Part shown: positions 9,168-18,649 of the stretch, in pieces
Layout: each line of letters starts with the position of its first letter
Numbering within the stretch: position 1 is the stretch's first letter
Assembly: GCA_963836235.1 (NCBI GenBank)
Contig: CAWIIP010000004.1
Location: 512,001 to 576,000, forward strand
Source of the DNA: an uncultured Pseudomonadota bacterium
GTDB lineage: Bacteria; Oederibacteriota; Muellerivitia; Muellerivitales; Muellerivitaceae
Length of the DNA stretch: 64,000 nt
Direction of reading: 5' to 3'
The notes under the pieces: generated by a model
Databases searched by the model: none
Told to the model about the DNA's origin: nothing
What the model saw: only the letters and a program-made list of their open reading frames with translations
Made by a program: the position numbers and the translations under genes

Positions 9168-10223
9168 TTGTATAAATTCTTCAAGCCGATCCTATTTTCC
9201 CTGGAACCCGAGGCCGCGCATCATTTGGCATTGGGTGTCCTGAAGCTTTCCAGGCCGTTTCTCCCTTTCTTTTCACCTTTTCTGCGGACCCGGGATGACC
9301 GGCTGGCCAAAACTCTTTTCGGCCTGAAATTCCCTAATCCCATCGGGTTGGCGGCGGGTTTGGACAAGAAGGGTGAACAGGTGGAGGTTTGGGAAAAGGT
9401 GGGATTCGGCTTTGCCGAACTGGGAACTTTTACCGCCAAACCCCAGCCAGGGAACGAGGGGCCCAGGGTTTTTCGCTATCCCGCTCAAGGGTCCCTCATC
9501 AACCGCATGGGTTTTCCCAATCCGGGCGCGGAAGCCGTTGCCAGAAACTTGAAAGCGGTGAGGGAAAGCGGAAGCTGGCCTTCCAGCCCGGTGGGGATCA
9601 ATATCGGCAAAAGCAAGGTGACGCCCCTGGAAGGAGCGGTCGAGGACTATTTGGAATCCTTGGAATTATTGAAGCCCTATGCCGACTATGTGGCGGTCAA
9701 CGTCAGTTCACCTAATACCCCCGGTTTAAGGAAACTTCAGGAGGCCAAACCACTCAAAAAACTTTTGACGGCATTGGTAAAAAAGGCGGGGAAAAAACCG
9801 GTTCTATTAAAGCTCTCGCCCGATTTGGGGGAAAAGCCTTTGCGGCAGGCGGCGGAGACGGCCTTGTCGGCCGGCTGCGCCGGGTTGATCGCCACCAATA
9901 CCACCCTTTCGCGGGAAGGATTGCCCCCGGGGGAATATCCCGAGGGAGGGATGTCGGGAAAACTTTTAAGGAAACAATCAACCCATGTGTTGAAAATCCT
10001 TTCCCGCTTCACAGGGGGCAAGGTGCCCCTCATCGCCGTCGGCGGCGTTTTTACGCCGGAGGATGTTAGGGATAAATTGGACGCGGGCGCCGGTCTGGTG
10101 CAAGTTTACACGGGGTATATTTATGAAGGGCCGGGACTGCCCTCAAGATTATGCCGGGGATTATTGAAAGAAACTCGAGTTGACCGCCAAGGCGCCAAGG
10201 CGCCAAGAAAACCTGGAAATTAA
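9168..10223 (+). CDS. pyrD: Quinone-dependent dihydroorotate dehydrogenase (class 2)
   Basis: [45 protein letters not shown]. Confidence 0.95.
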   Translation: MYKFFKPILFSLEPEAAHHLALGVLKLSRPFLPFFSPFLRTRDDRLAKTLFGLKFPNPIGLAAGLDKKGEQVEVWEKVGFGFAELGTFTAKPQPGNEGPRVFRYPAQGSLINRMGFPNPGAEAVARNLKAVRESGSWPSSPVGINIGKSKVTPLEGAVEDYLESLELLKPYADYVAVNVSSPNTPGLRKLQEAKPLKKLLTALVKKAGKKPVLLKLSPDLGEKPLRQAAETALSAGCAGLIATNTTLSREGLPPGEYPEGGMSGKLLRKQSTHVLKILSRFTGGKVPLIAVGGVFTPEDVRDKLDAGAGLVQVYTGYIYEGPGLPSRLCRGLLKETRVDRQGAKAPRKPGN

Positions 10224-10225
10224 AG

Positions 10226-10768
10226 ATGAAAAGAATTTCGTTCACTGCAAGCATGAACCCATTGTGGAAAATAAAAATCTTTTGCCGTTATTGGTGTTTT
10301 GGAACCTTGGTGGTAATTTTTTCCTTTACTGGAGGGTGTGTGCCGATTCGGCAAGCCCTTCCCGGCTCTCGTGCGGGTGACCATCCTGCCGGAAGCGCCC
10401 CGCCAGCGGAGTATGAAAATCCGGACGATTTCAAGAACTTGGGTAAGGACGCTTGGAAAAACGAGATGGAAGGGATCGCATCCTGGTATGGCGAGGATTT
10501 CAACGGCCGATTGACCGCGAATGGGGAAGTCTACGACATGTACAAGTTCACGGCGGCCCATAAGACGCTTCCTCTTGGAACCGTAGTGAAGGTGACCAAC
10601 CTGGACAACGGAAAAACCGTCGAGGTGCGGATCAACGACAGGGGGCCCTACGTGAAAGGGCGGATCATCGATTTGTCCCGAACGGCAGGCCGGGCTATCG
10701 GTATGAGGGAAGCCGGAACAGCCCAAGTGAAATTAGAGGTGGTTCATTGGCCTGACGACAGCCATTAA
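10226..10768 (+). CDS. rlpA: Septal ring lytic transglycosylase RlpA-family lipoprotein
   Basis: [34 protein letters not shown]; TGGC lipobox-like motif. Confidence 0.9.
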   Translation: MKRISFTASMNPLWKIKIFCRYWCFGTLVVIFSFTGGCVPIRQALPGSRAGDHPAGSAPPAEYENPDDFKNLGKDAWKNEMEGIASWYGEDFNGRLTANGEVYDMYKFTAAHKTLPLGTVVKVTNLDNGKTVEVRINDRGPYVKGRIIDLSRTAGRAIGMREAGTAQVKLEVVHWPDDSH

Positions 10769-10975
10769 GTGACCGGCATCCATCGCGCCCTTTTTCATTT
10801 TTGAGTTTTTTAATTCATATTCGGCTTCGGTGAGGCAGGCTTTACAGAAATGCCAGCTTTCCTTTTTAAAAATGCTTTTTTCCAACACGCCCTTGAGCTT
10901 ACATAAATCACATTCATGAAAATAGATTCGTCGGTTGCTGAAAACATTTTGGCTCCGGTGTTTTAATAGGAGCAA
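10733..10975 (-). CDS. Small hypothetical protein with two CxxC motifs
   Basis: CDLC...CKAC in an 80-aa ORF filling an otherwise empty gap; TTG start, no clear SD, 3' overlap with rlpA. Confidence 0.35.
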   Translation of the reverse strand: MLLLKHRSQNVFSNRRIYFHECDLCKLKGVLEKSIFKKESWHFCKACLTEAEYELKNSKMKKGAMDAGHLMAVVRPMNHL

Positions 10976-11111
10976 TTTAATTTCGCGCTATTAAATATCT
11001 GTAACGGTTGACGTAACCTTTCGTTACAATGGGTCCCTAGATGGGGGTTGGGGCACGAAACCGGACAGCGTTTAGACGAAAAAGACACAGCGACAATCGG
11101 AACGGAAAAGA

Positions 11112-11933
11112 ATGGCCTTGTTTTCCGAAAAACTGAAAAAAGCGATCCGCCGCACTGGGGGATGCCTTTGCGTTGGGCTGGACGTGGATCCGGCGAAAAT
11201 GCCCAAGAACCTGCCCCATGACGGTGAGGGCGCCCTGAAGTTTTGCCGTTCCATTATCGAGGCCACCCGCGATTTGGCGGTGGCTTACAAGCCCAACATG
11301 GCTTTTTTTGAGTCCTTGGGGGTACAAGGTTTTGAGGTTCTGGAGCTTTTGCGCCAGTCCATTCCCCATGACGTCCTCTTCGTGATGGACGCCAAAAGGG
11401 GGGATATCGGCAATACTTCCCAAGCTTATGCCAAGGCTTTTTACGGCCTCCTGCAGTCGGATGGACTGACCCTTTCCCCCTATATGGGGAAGGATTCCAT
11501 TGAGCCCTTCTTGGAATATTCGGGAACCTGTTCTTTCGTCTTGTGCCTCACCTCTAATCCTTCCGCCGCCGACTTCCAGTTGCAAACCCTCCAAGGCGGG
11601 GAAAAACTTTACGAGAAGGTGGCCAAAACGGCGGTGGGATGGGCAGAGGGGAAGAAAGGGGAAATCGGCTTGGTGGTGGGCGCGACCCAAACTCAATACC
11701 TAAAAGACCTGCGCCTTTTGGCCCCCTCGACGACATTCCTGGTGCCGGGAGTTGGAACGCAAGGCGGCAACCTCCAGGCTGTTTTGAAAGAAGGAAGGAA
11801 TCAGGAAGGATTCGGAATACTGGTGAATGTTTCCCGGCAAATCCTGTATGCTTCCACCGAAAATGACTTTGCTGACGCGGCCCGGGAACAGGCCCAAAAG
11901 CTGGTTGTCGAGATGAAACCATACTTTAGTTGA
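11112..11933 (+). CDS. pyrF: Orotidine-5'-phosphate decarboxylase
   Basis: LCVGLD, YKPNMAFF, DAKRGDIGNT, GLVVGAT, LVPGVGTQGG. Confidence 0.95.
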   Translation: MALFSEKLKKAIRRTGGCLCVGLDVDPAKMPKNLPHDGEGALKFCRSIIEATRDLAVAYKPNMAFFESLGVQGFEVLELLRQSIPHDVLFVMDAKRGDIGNTSQAYAKAFYGLLQSDGLTLSPYMGKDSIEPFLEYSGTCSFVLCLTSNPSAADFQLQTLQGGEKLYEKVAKTAVGWAEGKKGEIGLVVGATQTQYLKDLRLLAPSTTFLVPGVGTQGGNLQAVLKEGRNQEGFGILVNVSRQILYASTENDFADAAREQAQKLVVEMKPYFS

Positions 11934-11978
11934 GAGTTGTTGTGCTTTCGTCTTCAGCCGAAAACCAGATACTGACCG

Positions 11979-12572
11979 ATGAGGGGTTTGATGACCAATG
12001 AGGAAGTACTCAAAATTTACGAGGAAACCGGAGCCCTTCTCAAGGGGCATTTCCGCCTGTCGTCCGGGCGCCATAGCGACCGCTATCTCCAATCCGCCCT
12101 GGTTCTTCAATATCCCTGGCATGCCGAAAAACTTTGCCAGGCGCTTTCGGAAAAAGTGAAGGTTTTAACCCCCCAGGCGATCCTATCACCGGCTATGGGA
12201 GGGCTTTTCGTGGGCCATGAGCTGGCCCGGGCTTTGAAGGTGAGGTCCATCTTTACCGAACGAAATAAAGAAACAGATGCCATGGAACTGCGGCGCGGAT
12301 TTACGGTTGGAAAAGGGGAGAGGATATTCGCGGTGGAGGATATCATCACTACCGGGAAGTCCGTCAAGGAGTCCTACCAGGTGGTTCGGGCCTTGGGGGC
12401 CGAGGTGGTGGGAGTGGGGTGCCTGATCGACCGAAGCGGTGGGGAAAACGCCTTTGACGTTCCCGTGAAATCCTTGACGTCGATGAAAGTGGAAAGCTGG
12501 GAAGAAAAAGATTGCCCCATGTGCAAGCAGGGTTTGCCGGTGGTGAAACCGGGGTCGAGAGCCAAGTTTTGA
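11979..12572 (+). CDS. pyrE: Orotate phosphoribosyltransferase
   Basis: GHFRLSSGRHS, VEDIITTGKS PRPP motif, KPGSR C-terminus. Confidence 0.95.
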   Translation: MRGLMTNEEVLKIYEETGALLKGHFRLSSGRHSDRYLQSALVLQYPWHAEKLCQALSEKVKVLTPQAILSPAMGGLFVGHELARALKVRSIFTERNKETDAMELRRGFTVGKGERIFAVEDIITTGKSVKESYQVVRALGAEVVGVGCLIDRSGGENAFDVPVKSLTSMKVESWEEKDCPMCKQGLPVVKPGSRAKF

Positions 12573-12674
12573 TGGATAGGTTTTAAGTGGATGAAGAATA
12601 CGATCTGAAGGCTTAATTGAAATGAGGCCTGGCGTAGAACTCAAATGTAAAAGCTTAAAACGAGTCTGGGGAAC

Positions 12675-12944
12675 ATGATCGAGAACAAGCAGGGTTCGAA
12701 AAAAGTTGAAAAGCGGCTATCCGCATTCGAAGAATATTTCTATGCCAACCTTCTCTTTTGGGGTTTTTTGGTGGCCCTGGCCATCATTAGTTTTTTTGTT
12801 TGCGGCGCCGTTTGGGATGATGTCACCTCCGGGGTGATGGAGTTTATTTTCGTCATCCTGGGCGGTGGATTCACTTTGGTTTCGGCGATGGATTATATCT
12901 ATGAGAAATATTACGGTCATCCCTCAGGAGAGATGAAGAAATGA
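12675..12944 (+). CDS. Small hypothetical membrane protein (2 TM)
   Basis: Two hydrophobic segments; ATGA overlap with the next gene. Confidence 0.7.
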   Translation: MIENKQGSKKVEKRLSAFEEYFYANLLFWGFLVALAIISFFVCGAVWDDVTSGVMEFIFVILGGGFTLVSAMDYIYEKYYGHPSGEMKK

Positions 12945-13951
12945 AAAACTTCGCGCGGAATTTATTGGTCCTCTTTTTAGCCTCCCTTCTTGTTTTAAGC
13001 CCCCGGATGGTTCAAGTGGTATTGGCCCAGGAAGATACGGATTCGGCTTCGCCGGAAGAAGTTCAGACGCTTCAAGGCTTGGCGAAAAATGGTTATGTGG
13101 GAGATAAAAAAGATTTTTATCTATCGGCCAAGGGGCTGACGGAGGACGATGTCACGGACGCACTGTTGAAAATAGACGACCAGCTTTCGCAGGTGGATTT
13201 AAAAACCCTTCAACCCGGGGATAAAAACTATCAAGTGGACGACCTGAAGGCCCTTTTGACGCTGATCAAGGAAAAGTCGGAGGATATCCGCACGCGCAAG
13301 ATGTCGGCGTGGAAATTCGAAAAACGGGTCGAAAGGATGATCGCCGCCCTCACCCCGGCTTCCGCCGACCCGACGCCCGAAGTGACCGCCCTCCCCTCGC
13401 CCCAGCCGACCGAATTACCCATGCCAACTCCCACGGCCACGCCTATCCCTGGCCCATCACGGGAGGAATGGAACCAGATGAAGGGGGATGTGAAGGACCT
13501 GGCCCAAAAAACATCCAGCCTCCAGGGCGACTATGATAAAAAAATCCAGTCCCTTCAGACAATTGAGGATGATGTGGCGAAAAGCAACGGTGAACTCAAA
13601 ATCACGGACGCCGATCTTCAGGAACAATTGAAATTGGTGAAAAAACTTCTGGACCAAGTTCAGGATAACCTCAGCAAAACGGGCGATCGTTTGGACCAAG
13701 TGGCTCAAAAGGCCAATGAAAAGGCCATTACGGACACCGAATTGGAACAGGAGTTAACCATCCTGCATAAGGATTTGAGGGATAATTCTCAGGATGTGAC
13801 GATTCTGAAGGAAGAAGTGGCTAAACTGGATAAGACAAACGCCGAACAGGGCCAAAATCCCTTGGACCAGTTCTTGAATTCCAAGTGGCTGGCGGGTGGG
13901 GCCCTGGCCGTTGGACTGGCCGCACTGGTTGTTTCATTGACTCGAAAATAA
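12941..13951 (+). CDS. Exported coiled-coil protein with C-terminal hydrophobic anchor
   Basis: Signal peptide (VLA-Q), Pro/Thr linker, long heptad-rich region, C-terminal WLAGGALAVGLAALVVSLTRK. Confidence 0.8.
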   Translation: MKNFARNLLVLFLASLLVLSPRMVQVVLAQEDTDSASPEEVQTLQGLAKNGYVGDKKDFYLSAKGLTEDDVTDALLKIDDQLSQVDLKTLQPGDKNYQVDDLKALLTLIKEKSEDIRTRKMSAWKFEKRVERMIAALTPASADPTPEVTALPSPQPTELPMPTPTATPIPGPSREEWNQMKGDVKDLAQKTSSLQGDYDKKIQSLQTIEDDVAKSNGELKITDADLQEQLKLVKKLLDQVQDNLSKTGDRLDQVAQKANEKAITDTELEQELTILHKDLRDNSQDVTILKEEVAKLDKTNAEQGQNPLDQFLNSKWLAGGALAVGLAALVVSLTRK

Positions 13952-13964
13952 TCAAGGAGGCCTT

Positions 13965-14624
13965 ATGTTTATTGGTCATTACGCGGTGGGGTTGGCGGCT
14001 AAAAAGTGGGCTCCGAAAGCGTCCTTGGGAACTTTAGTGGCCGCGGCCATTTGGCTCGATCTCGTTTGGCCCCTGTTCCTTTTGTTGGACTTGGAACATT
14101 TCCGCATCCTTCAGGGAATCACCCAAATGGTCCCCTTCGATTTTTACGATTATCCCTTGAGCCATAGCCTGTTCATGGCTCTGGCTTGGTCCGCTTTCCT
14201 TGGATTGGCCTATCTCATAGCCGAAAAAGATACCAGGGGATCTTGGGTGATTGGCGCCCTGGTCTTGAGCCATTGGTTTTTAGACTTGATCGTCCATCGG
14301 CAAGATCTTCCTTTGTGGCCGGGAGACCCCAGCGGAATCCAAAAGTTTGGATTCGGCCTTTGGAATCACGCATGGGCGGCTATTCCCCTGGAAGTCGCTC
14401 TTTTCGCCGCGGGTCTTTGGCTTTACCAGAAATCCACAAAAGCTTTGGATGAGGTTGGCGACATGAGTTTTTGGATTTTCGGCGCTGTTTTAGTGATTTT
14501 CTTTTTTGTCGATCTCAAAACGACACCGTCTTCAAATCCCTATATTGTTTCACTCATGGGTTTCAGCCAGCTTTTGTTCGTAGCTTGGGCCTATTGGATC
14601 GATGATCACCGTAAGAACGGTTAA
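13965..14624 (+). CDS. Membrane protein, metal-dependent hydrolase-like
   Basis: MFIGHY, DLVWP, YPLSHSL, SHWFLDLIVH His/Asp motifs in a multi-TM protein; AGGAGG SD. Confidence 0.75.
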   Translation: MFIGHYAVGLAAKKWAPKASLGTLVAAAIWLDLVWPLFLLLDLEHFRILQGITQMVPFDFYDYPLSHSLFMALAWSAFLGLAYLIAEKDTRGSWVIGALVLSHWFLDLIVHRQDLPLWPGDPSGIQKFGFGLWNHAWAAIPLEVALFAAGLWLYQKSTKALDEVGDMSFWIFGAVLVIFFFVDLKTTPSSNPYIVSLMGFSQLLFVAWAYWIDDHRKNG

Positions 14625-14758
14625 CTTTCTCCCATTTGGCTTTTAGGCTTTTTTATTAGGAATGTTAAAAAACCGTATAAAACCGCAAAATATCTAACGT
14701 TTGGGGCCTGATGGGGCTTTTTCCATTCCCTTTAATTAAAGAAAACAAGGCTTTTTCA

Positions 14759-14774
14759 TGGCATGGGAAATGCC
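14759..14774 (+). promoter_or_regulatory. Sigma54-type (-24/-12) promoter
   Basis: TGGCATGGGAAATGCC: GG at 14760-14761 and GC at 14772-14773 give exact GG-N10-GC spacing. Confidence 0.6.
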
Positions 14775-14811
14775 ATTGGAATGGGGAATCATTCTCTAAC
14801 GGGGGATTTTG

Positions 14812-14982
14812 GTGAAGAAGCAACTAGTTTTTTTAACTCTTATTATTTTACTGGCCTTGCCATTGGCTTGTCAGAACCGTGCTTTTAATGAGCCAATTAG
14901 TCCCGTTGCCGCGCCTACTCCCACGCCCACCCCGGTCTGGAGTTATCAGACCGCCGTTCCCGCTGCGACCCCAACTCCTTAA
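14812..14982 (+). CDS. Small Pro/Thr-rich lipoprotein (56 aa, below the ORF-track cutoff)
   Basis: GTG start after GGGGGA; MKKQLVFLTLIILLALPLA-C-QNRAFNEPISPVAAPTPTPTPVWSYQTAVPAATPTP*. Confidence 0.7.
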   Translation: MKKQLVFLTLIILLALPLACQNRAFNEPISPVAAPTPTPTPVWSYQTAVPAATPTP

Positions 14983-15100
14983 CCGGAACCGCTTTCGATA
15001 ACCGTCCTGTTGAAGGTCACGAAAAATCGTCCAGTCTTTTCAAATTATGAAAGTGATCGAAAAGCATTCAGCGGAACTATCATGCACAGGTCGAAGGTTC

Positions 15101-16756
15101 TTATGCTTCGGTTACCAAGCTCTTTTCCTTGGTCATGGTAACCATTCCGGGAGGCGCTCCCGGAATTTTTTTGACGTTTTTTTTCTCAGTGTAACTGACC
15201 ATCACCTTAGTTCCGGGTTCGGCCTTGCTGTGGGTCGCGGCCAGTTGGGCCGCTTGAAGAATCAATTCATTGGGAACGACGGCGTTTCTTTGTAATTTGC
15301 GCAAAATCACATGGGCGCCGGGAAGGTCCCGCACATGGAACCATAGATCCTCCGGTTGGGCCAATTGAAAAGTCACGTAGTCATTGGCCGCCGCCGAGGT
15401 GCCCGCGCAGATCTCGAATTCCTTACCCAGCTTCGTGCGAATAATATTGGGTGTAGGAACCTTTTCTTCCTTGGGTTTCTTGGGCTTGGGTTCGGATTCT
15501 TTCTTTTTGGGGAAAAGATCGAGAAAAGCTTTTTGGATGTCTTCCGAGTTTCTGAGGGCGGGCAGGCTTCGCTGGGCCGATTTTAATTGGTTCAGCCGTT
15601 CCTGGATTTCTTTCTCCCGCTTTTCCACCAAGGCCAGTCCCCGGGAACCCTTTTGGGCTTTTTTAAAAAACCTCTGAGCGTTCTGCAAGGGGGTGATTTC
15701 GGGATCGAGTGGAACAGTGACCCGCCCCGGACTCCCCCTTACCACATCCTCCAGGCTGGCTTCCCTCAGGTGCAGCTTGATCTTGTGCAATTGGGCCATT
15801 AAAAGTTCGCCCCACCATTGGTATTGGTCGGATTTTTCAGCTTCAGCCCTGTCTTTTTTCAGTTTTTCCAGGATCCGTTTCTCGTGTTTGATGGCTTTGG
15901 CCACTTCCGATTCCAGTTTTGTCTTTCGGGTCAAGCGGATTTGATTCTCAAATTCCAATTTGAAAAGCTTTTCGAGGGCCTGGCTGAGAGTTGGAAAAGA
16001 AAGGAATTCTTTTTCGGGGACGCCTAGATCAAAAAGCCTGAGGGAAGGGGGCGGTCCAGGAAAAAGCAGATAGCGATCCAGGCCTTTTTCCTCCCAGGAA
16101 GTTTTTAAAATTTCCCATTGGGAGAAAAAGTCCTTCCCGCGTTTTTCCAAATGGGCGGCTAACTCCGTATCAGTTCCCCTGAATTTCTCTTTGATCCAAG
16201 CGCCCAGGGGGGGATGGCCCGCTTGGTTCCAGAGGCTTTCAACCTCTCGTCCAGTGAGATTCCATAGGTTTGGTTTATCCAAGGGTTGGGGAGGTTTTTG
16301 ATAGACGGTTTGAGGCATGACCAAACGTTCCACGTCGTTTTTGTAACGTAAGGCGCTGATGATTTGATTATCCGGGCCCACCAAAATGAGATTGGGATAT
16401 TTTGGAATCCCCTCGAAAATGAGCCGAAAGACCCCTTCCGGAGTTTTGAAATGGAAATCCATCAGCCGTTCGCCGGCTTCGGATTCGAGGCCGATGAGTT
16501 GAGCGTATTCCAGGTTTTTTCTTAACGACCTGCAAAAGTTAGGCGGCTTTTGCAAGGCGGGGCGTTTCTCGGTTGTGGAAAAAAGAACGGGTTTTAAAGG
16601 CGTGATCGCGATGACCAAGGTGCGCGACGGCCGGTCCGGATGATAGAAGGTTAAATCCACGATTTCGGCGGCGGACTGGGAAATGTGGGAAAGGCGGGCC
16701 GAGAGAAGAAATTGTTTCAACTCGCGGGCCAAGAGGCGCACTAACAGAGGGGTCAA
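15101..16756 (-). CDS. rqcH: NFACT/Rqc2 (RqcH, FbpA-like) ribosome quality-control protein
   Basis: FCRSLRKNL, ERLMDF, NLILV, QNAQRFFKKAQK, DLWFHVRDLPGAHVIL, PGAPPGMV; start moved to TTG 16756 behind an AAGGA SD. Confidence 0.85.
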   Translation of the reverse strand: MTPLLVRLLARELKQFLLSARLSHISQSAAEIVDLTFYHPDRPSRTLVIAITPLKPVLFSTTEKRPALQKPPNFCRSLRKNLEYAQLIGLESEAGERLMDFHFKTPEGVFRLIFEGIPKYPNLILVGPDNQIISALRYKNDVERLVMPQTVYQKPPQPLDKPNLWNLTGREVESLWNQAGHPPLGAWIKEKFRGTDTELAAHLEKRGKDFFSQWEILKTSWEEKGLDRYLLFPGPPPSLRLFDLGVPEKEFLSFPTLSQALEKLFKLEFENQIRLTRKTKLESEVAKAIKHEKRILEKLKKDRAEAEKSDQYQWWGELLMAQLHKIKLHLREASLEDVVRGSPGRVTVPLDPEITPLQNAQRFFKKAQKGSRGLALVEKREKEIQERLNQLKSAQRSLPALRNSEDIQKAFLDLFPKKKESEPKPKKPKEEKVPTPNIIRTKLGKEFEICAGTSAAANDYVTFQLAQPEDLWFHVRDLPGAHVILRKLQRNAVVPNELILQAAQLAATHSKAEPGTKVMVSYTEKKNVKKIPGAPPGMVTMTKEKSLVTEA

Positions 16757-16884
16757 TCGGGTTTCCTTAATTTTTTTCTCTGCGGCTATTATGGCATAGG
16801 AATTTCTCCCCTCGAAAGGTCCATTCTTTTGAAAAGAGGGGTAACCATGTGCTTTTTGGAGCGATGGATTTATTAGGCCTTCAT

Positions 16885-16913
16885 TTGACACTCATGAAAT
16901 AGGGGCATAAACT
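16885..16913 (+). promoter_or_regulatory. Sigma70-like promoter of the fatty-acid degradation operon
   Basis: TTGACA-N17-TAAACT; the -35 is flanked by a short TTCAT/ATGAA inverted repeat. Confidence 0.6.
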
Positions 16914-16953
16914 GATCTTGAATTACCACTTTTCCCACGCACCGAGGGCATTC

Positions 16954-18630
16954 ATGAGCGAGAGGCCTTGGCTTTCTTCCTATGATGAAGGTGTTCCGAA
17001 GACCCTCGAATATCCTGAAAAGACCCTTTCCGAACTGCTTCAGGATGTTTCACGAAAATATCCCCAAAATCCAGCCCTTTATTATTTCGGTTCCCGAATG
17101 GATTACGGCGATCTGAATGAAAAGGTCAACCGTTTCGCTAACCTGCTCATGCAAGAGGGAATCAAACCCGGCGACCGAGTGGCCCTCTATTTGCCCAATT
17201 GTCCGGCTTGTGTGATCGCTTTTTTCGGGGTTTTAAGAGCGGGTGCGATTTTGACCCAATTGAATCCCCTCTATTCGGCCAGTGAGACGGCCCACCAATT
17301 GAAGGATTCGGGGGCGAAATTTGTGGTTTCCCTGGATCGTTTCGTGCCGATCCTGCGGCAAGTGGCGGGGGAATGCGGGTTGAAAAAAGTCTGGGTCACC
17401 CGGATCAACGACTATTTTCCATTTCCCCTGAAGTGGCTATATCCCCTGAAAGCGAAAAAGGAAAAGAGCTGGGTGAAATGGCCAAAGGAACCCCTTTTCA
17501 CCAGTTTTGTGAAGGACCTGGCGGCGTCCTCCCCCGCCCCAGTGCCCGTTCCCTTGAAGATGGATGAGACCGCCCTGCTTCAATATACGGGGGGAACCAC
17601 CGGTGTGGCCAAGGGCGTCATCCTGACGCACCGCAACATGGTGGTTAACGCCTTCCAATGCAAGTACTGGCTGCCCCGCCTTTCGGAGGGCAAAGAAGTA
17701 TTTATGCTGGCTATTCCCATTTTTCATTGTTATGGCATGACCGCGGGAATGAATTGGTCCGTCATCATGGCCGCTTCCATGGTACTGGTTCCCAAGTTTG
17801 AAGTGGAAACGGTTCTGAAGGCCGTGGACCGGTATGGGGTGAGTATTTTTCCCGGGGTCCAGGCCATTTATGTGGCTATCAATAACTATCCCCACGTGGG
17901 GAAATACAAGGTTCGCAGCATCCAGGCTTGTATTTCAGGAGCGGGGCCGTTGCATCAGGAAGTACAGAAAAAATTCGAAGTGCTCACGGGGGGTAAATTA
18001 GTGGAGGGTTACGGCCTCACGGAGGCTTCCCCGGTCACCCATTGCAATCCGGTTTACGGCAAGCGCAAGATGGGCATGATCGGTCTTCCTTTCGTTGGAA
18101 CCGATTGCCGAATCGTGGATGTGGAAACTGGGAAAATCGAGATGAAGGTTCGGGAAATCGGCGAACTAACGGTTAAGGGCCCCCAAATTATGCAAGGTTA
18201 TTGGAACCATCCTGAGGAAACCGCCATGGTTTTGAAAGATGGCTGGCTCTATACCGGTGACATCGGTTATATGGACGAGGATGGTTTTTTCGCCATCGTG
18301 GACCGCAAGAAAGATATGGTAAAAGTCGGCGGAGAGAACGTCTATCCAAGGGATGTTGAGGAGGTGCTTTTCAAGAACGAAAAGATCCTGGATTGCGTGG
18401 TCGCCGGGATACCCGACGAAAAGCTGGTGGATAAAATTAAAGCTTACATCGTCCTCAAACCGGGTTGCGTAGCCGAGCCTCAGGAAATCATCGATTTCTG
18501 CAAGGACAAATTGGCGAAGTACAAAGTTCCTAAGGAAGTGGAGTTCAGGGAGTCCTTGCCTAAAAACATGGTGGGAAAGATGCTGAGACGGCTGCTGGTG
18601 GAAGAAGAGAAAGCAAAATTGAAAAAATGA
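16954..18630 (+). CDS. fadD: Long-chain-fatty-acid--CoA ligase
   Basis: QYTGGTTGVAKG, EGYGLTEASP, GWLYTGD, DRKKD, LPKNMVGK; start placed at ATG 16954. Confidence 0.92.
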   Translation: MSERPWLSSYDEGVPKTLEYPEKTLSELLQDVSRKYPQNPALYYFGSRMDYGDLNEKVNRFANLLMQEGIKPGDRVALYLPNCPACVIAFFGVLRAGAILTQLNPLYSASETAHQLKDSGAKFVVSLDRFVPILRQVAGECGLKKVWVTRINDYFPFPLKWLYPLKAKKEKSWVKWPKEPLFTSFVKDLAASSPAPVPVPLKMDETALLQYTGGTTGVAKGVILTHRNMVVNAFQCKYWLPRLSEGKEVFMLAIPIFHCYGMTAGMNWSVIMAASMVLVPKFEVETVLKAVDRYGVSIFPGVQAIYVAINNYPHVGKYKVRSIQACISGAGPLHQEVQKKFEVLTGGKLVEGYGLTEASPVTHCNPVYGKRKMGMIGLPFVGTDCRIVDVETGKIEMKVREIGELTVKGPQIMQGYWNHPEETAMVLKDGWLYTGDIGYMDEDGFFAIVDRKKDMVKVGGENVYPRDVEEVLFKNEKILDCVVAGIPDEKLVDKIKAYIVLKPGCVAEPQEIIDFCKDKLAKYKVPKEVEFRESLPKNMVGKMLRRLLVEEEKAKLKK

Positions 18631-18649
18631 TTTCGTGAAGGGGGCTTTT

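Noticed and set aside
16757-16953. Extended N-termini of the NFACT protein and FadD
   Set aside because: They would cover the divergent promoter region; better SD-supported starts exist at 16756 (-) and 16954 (+).
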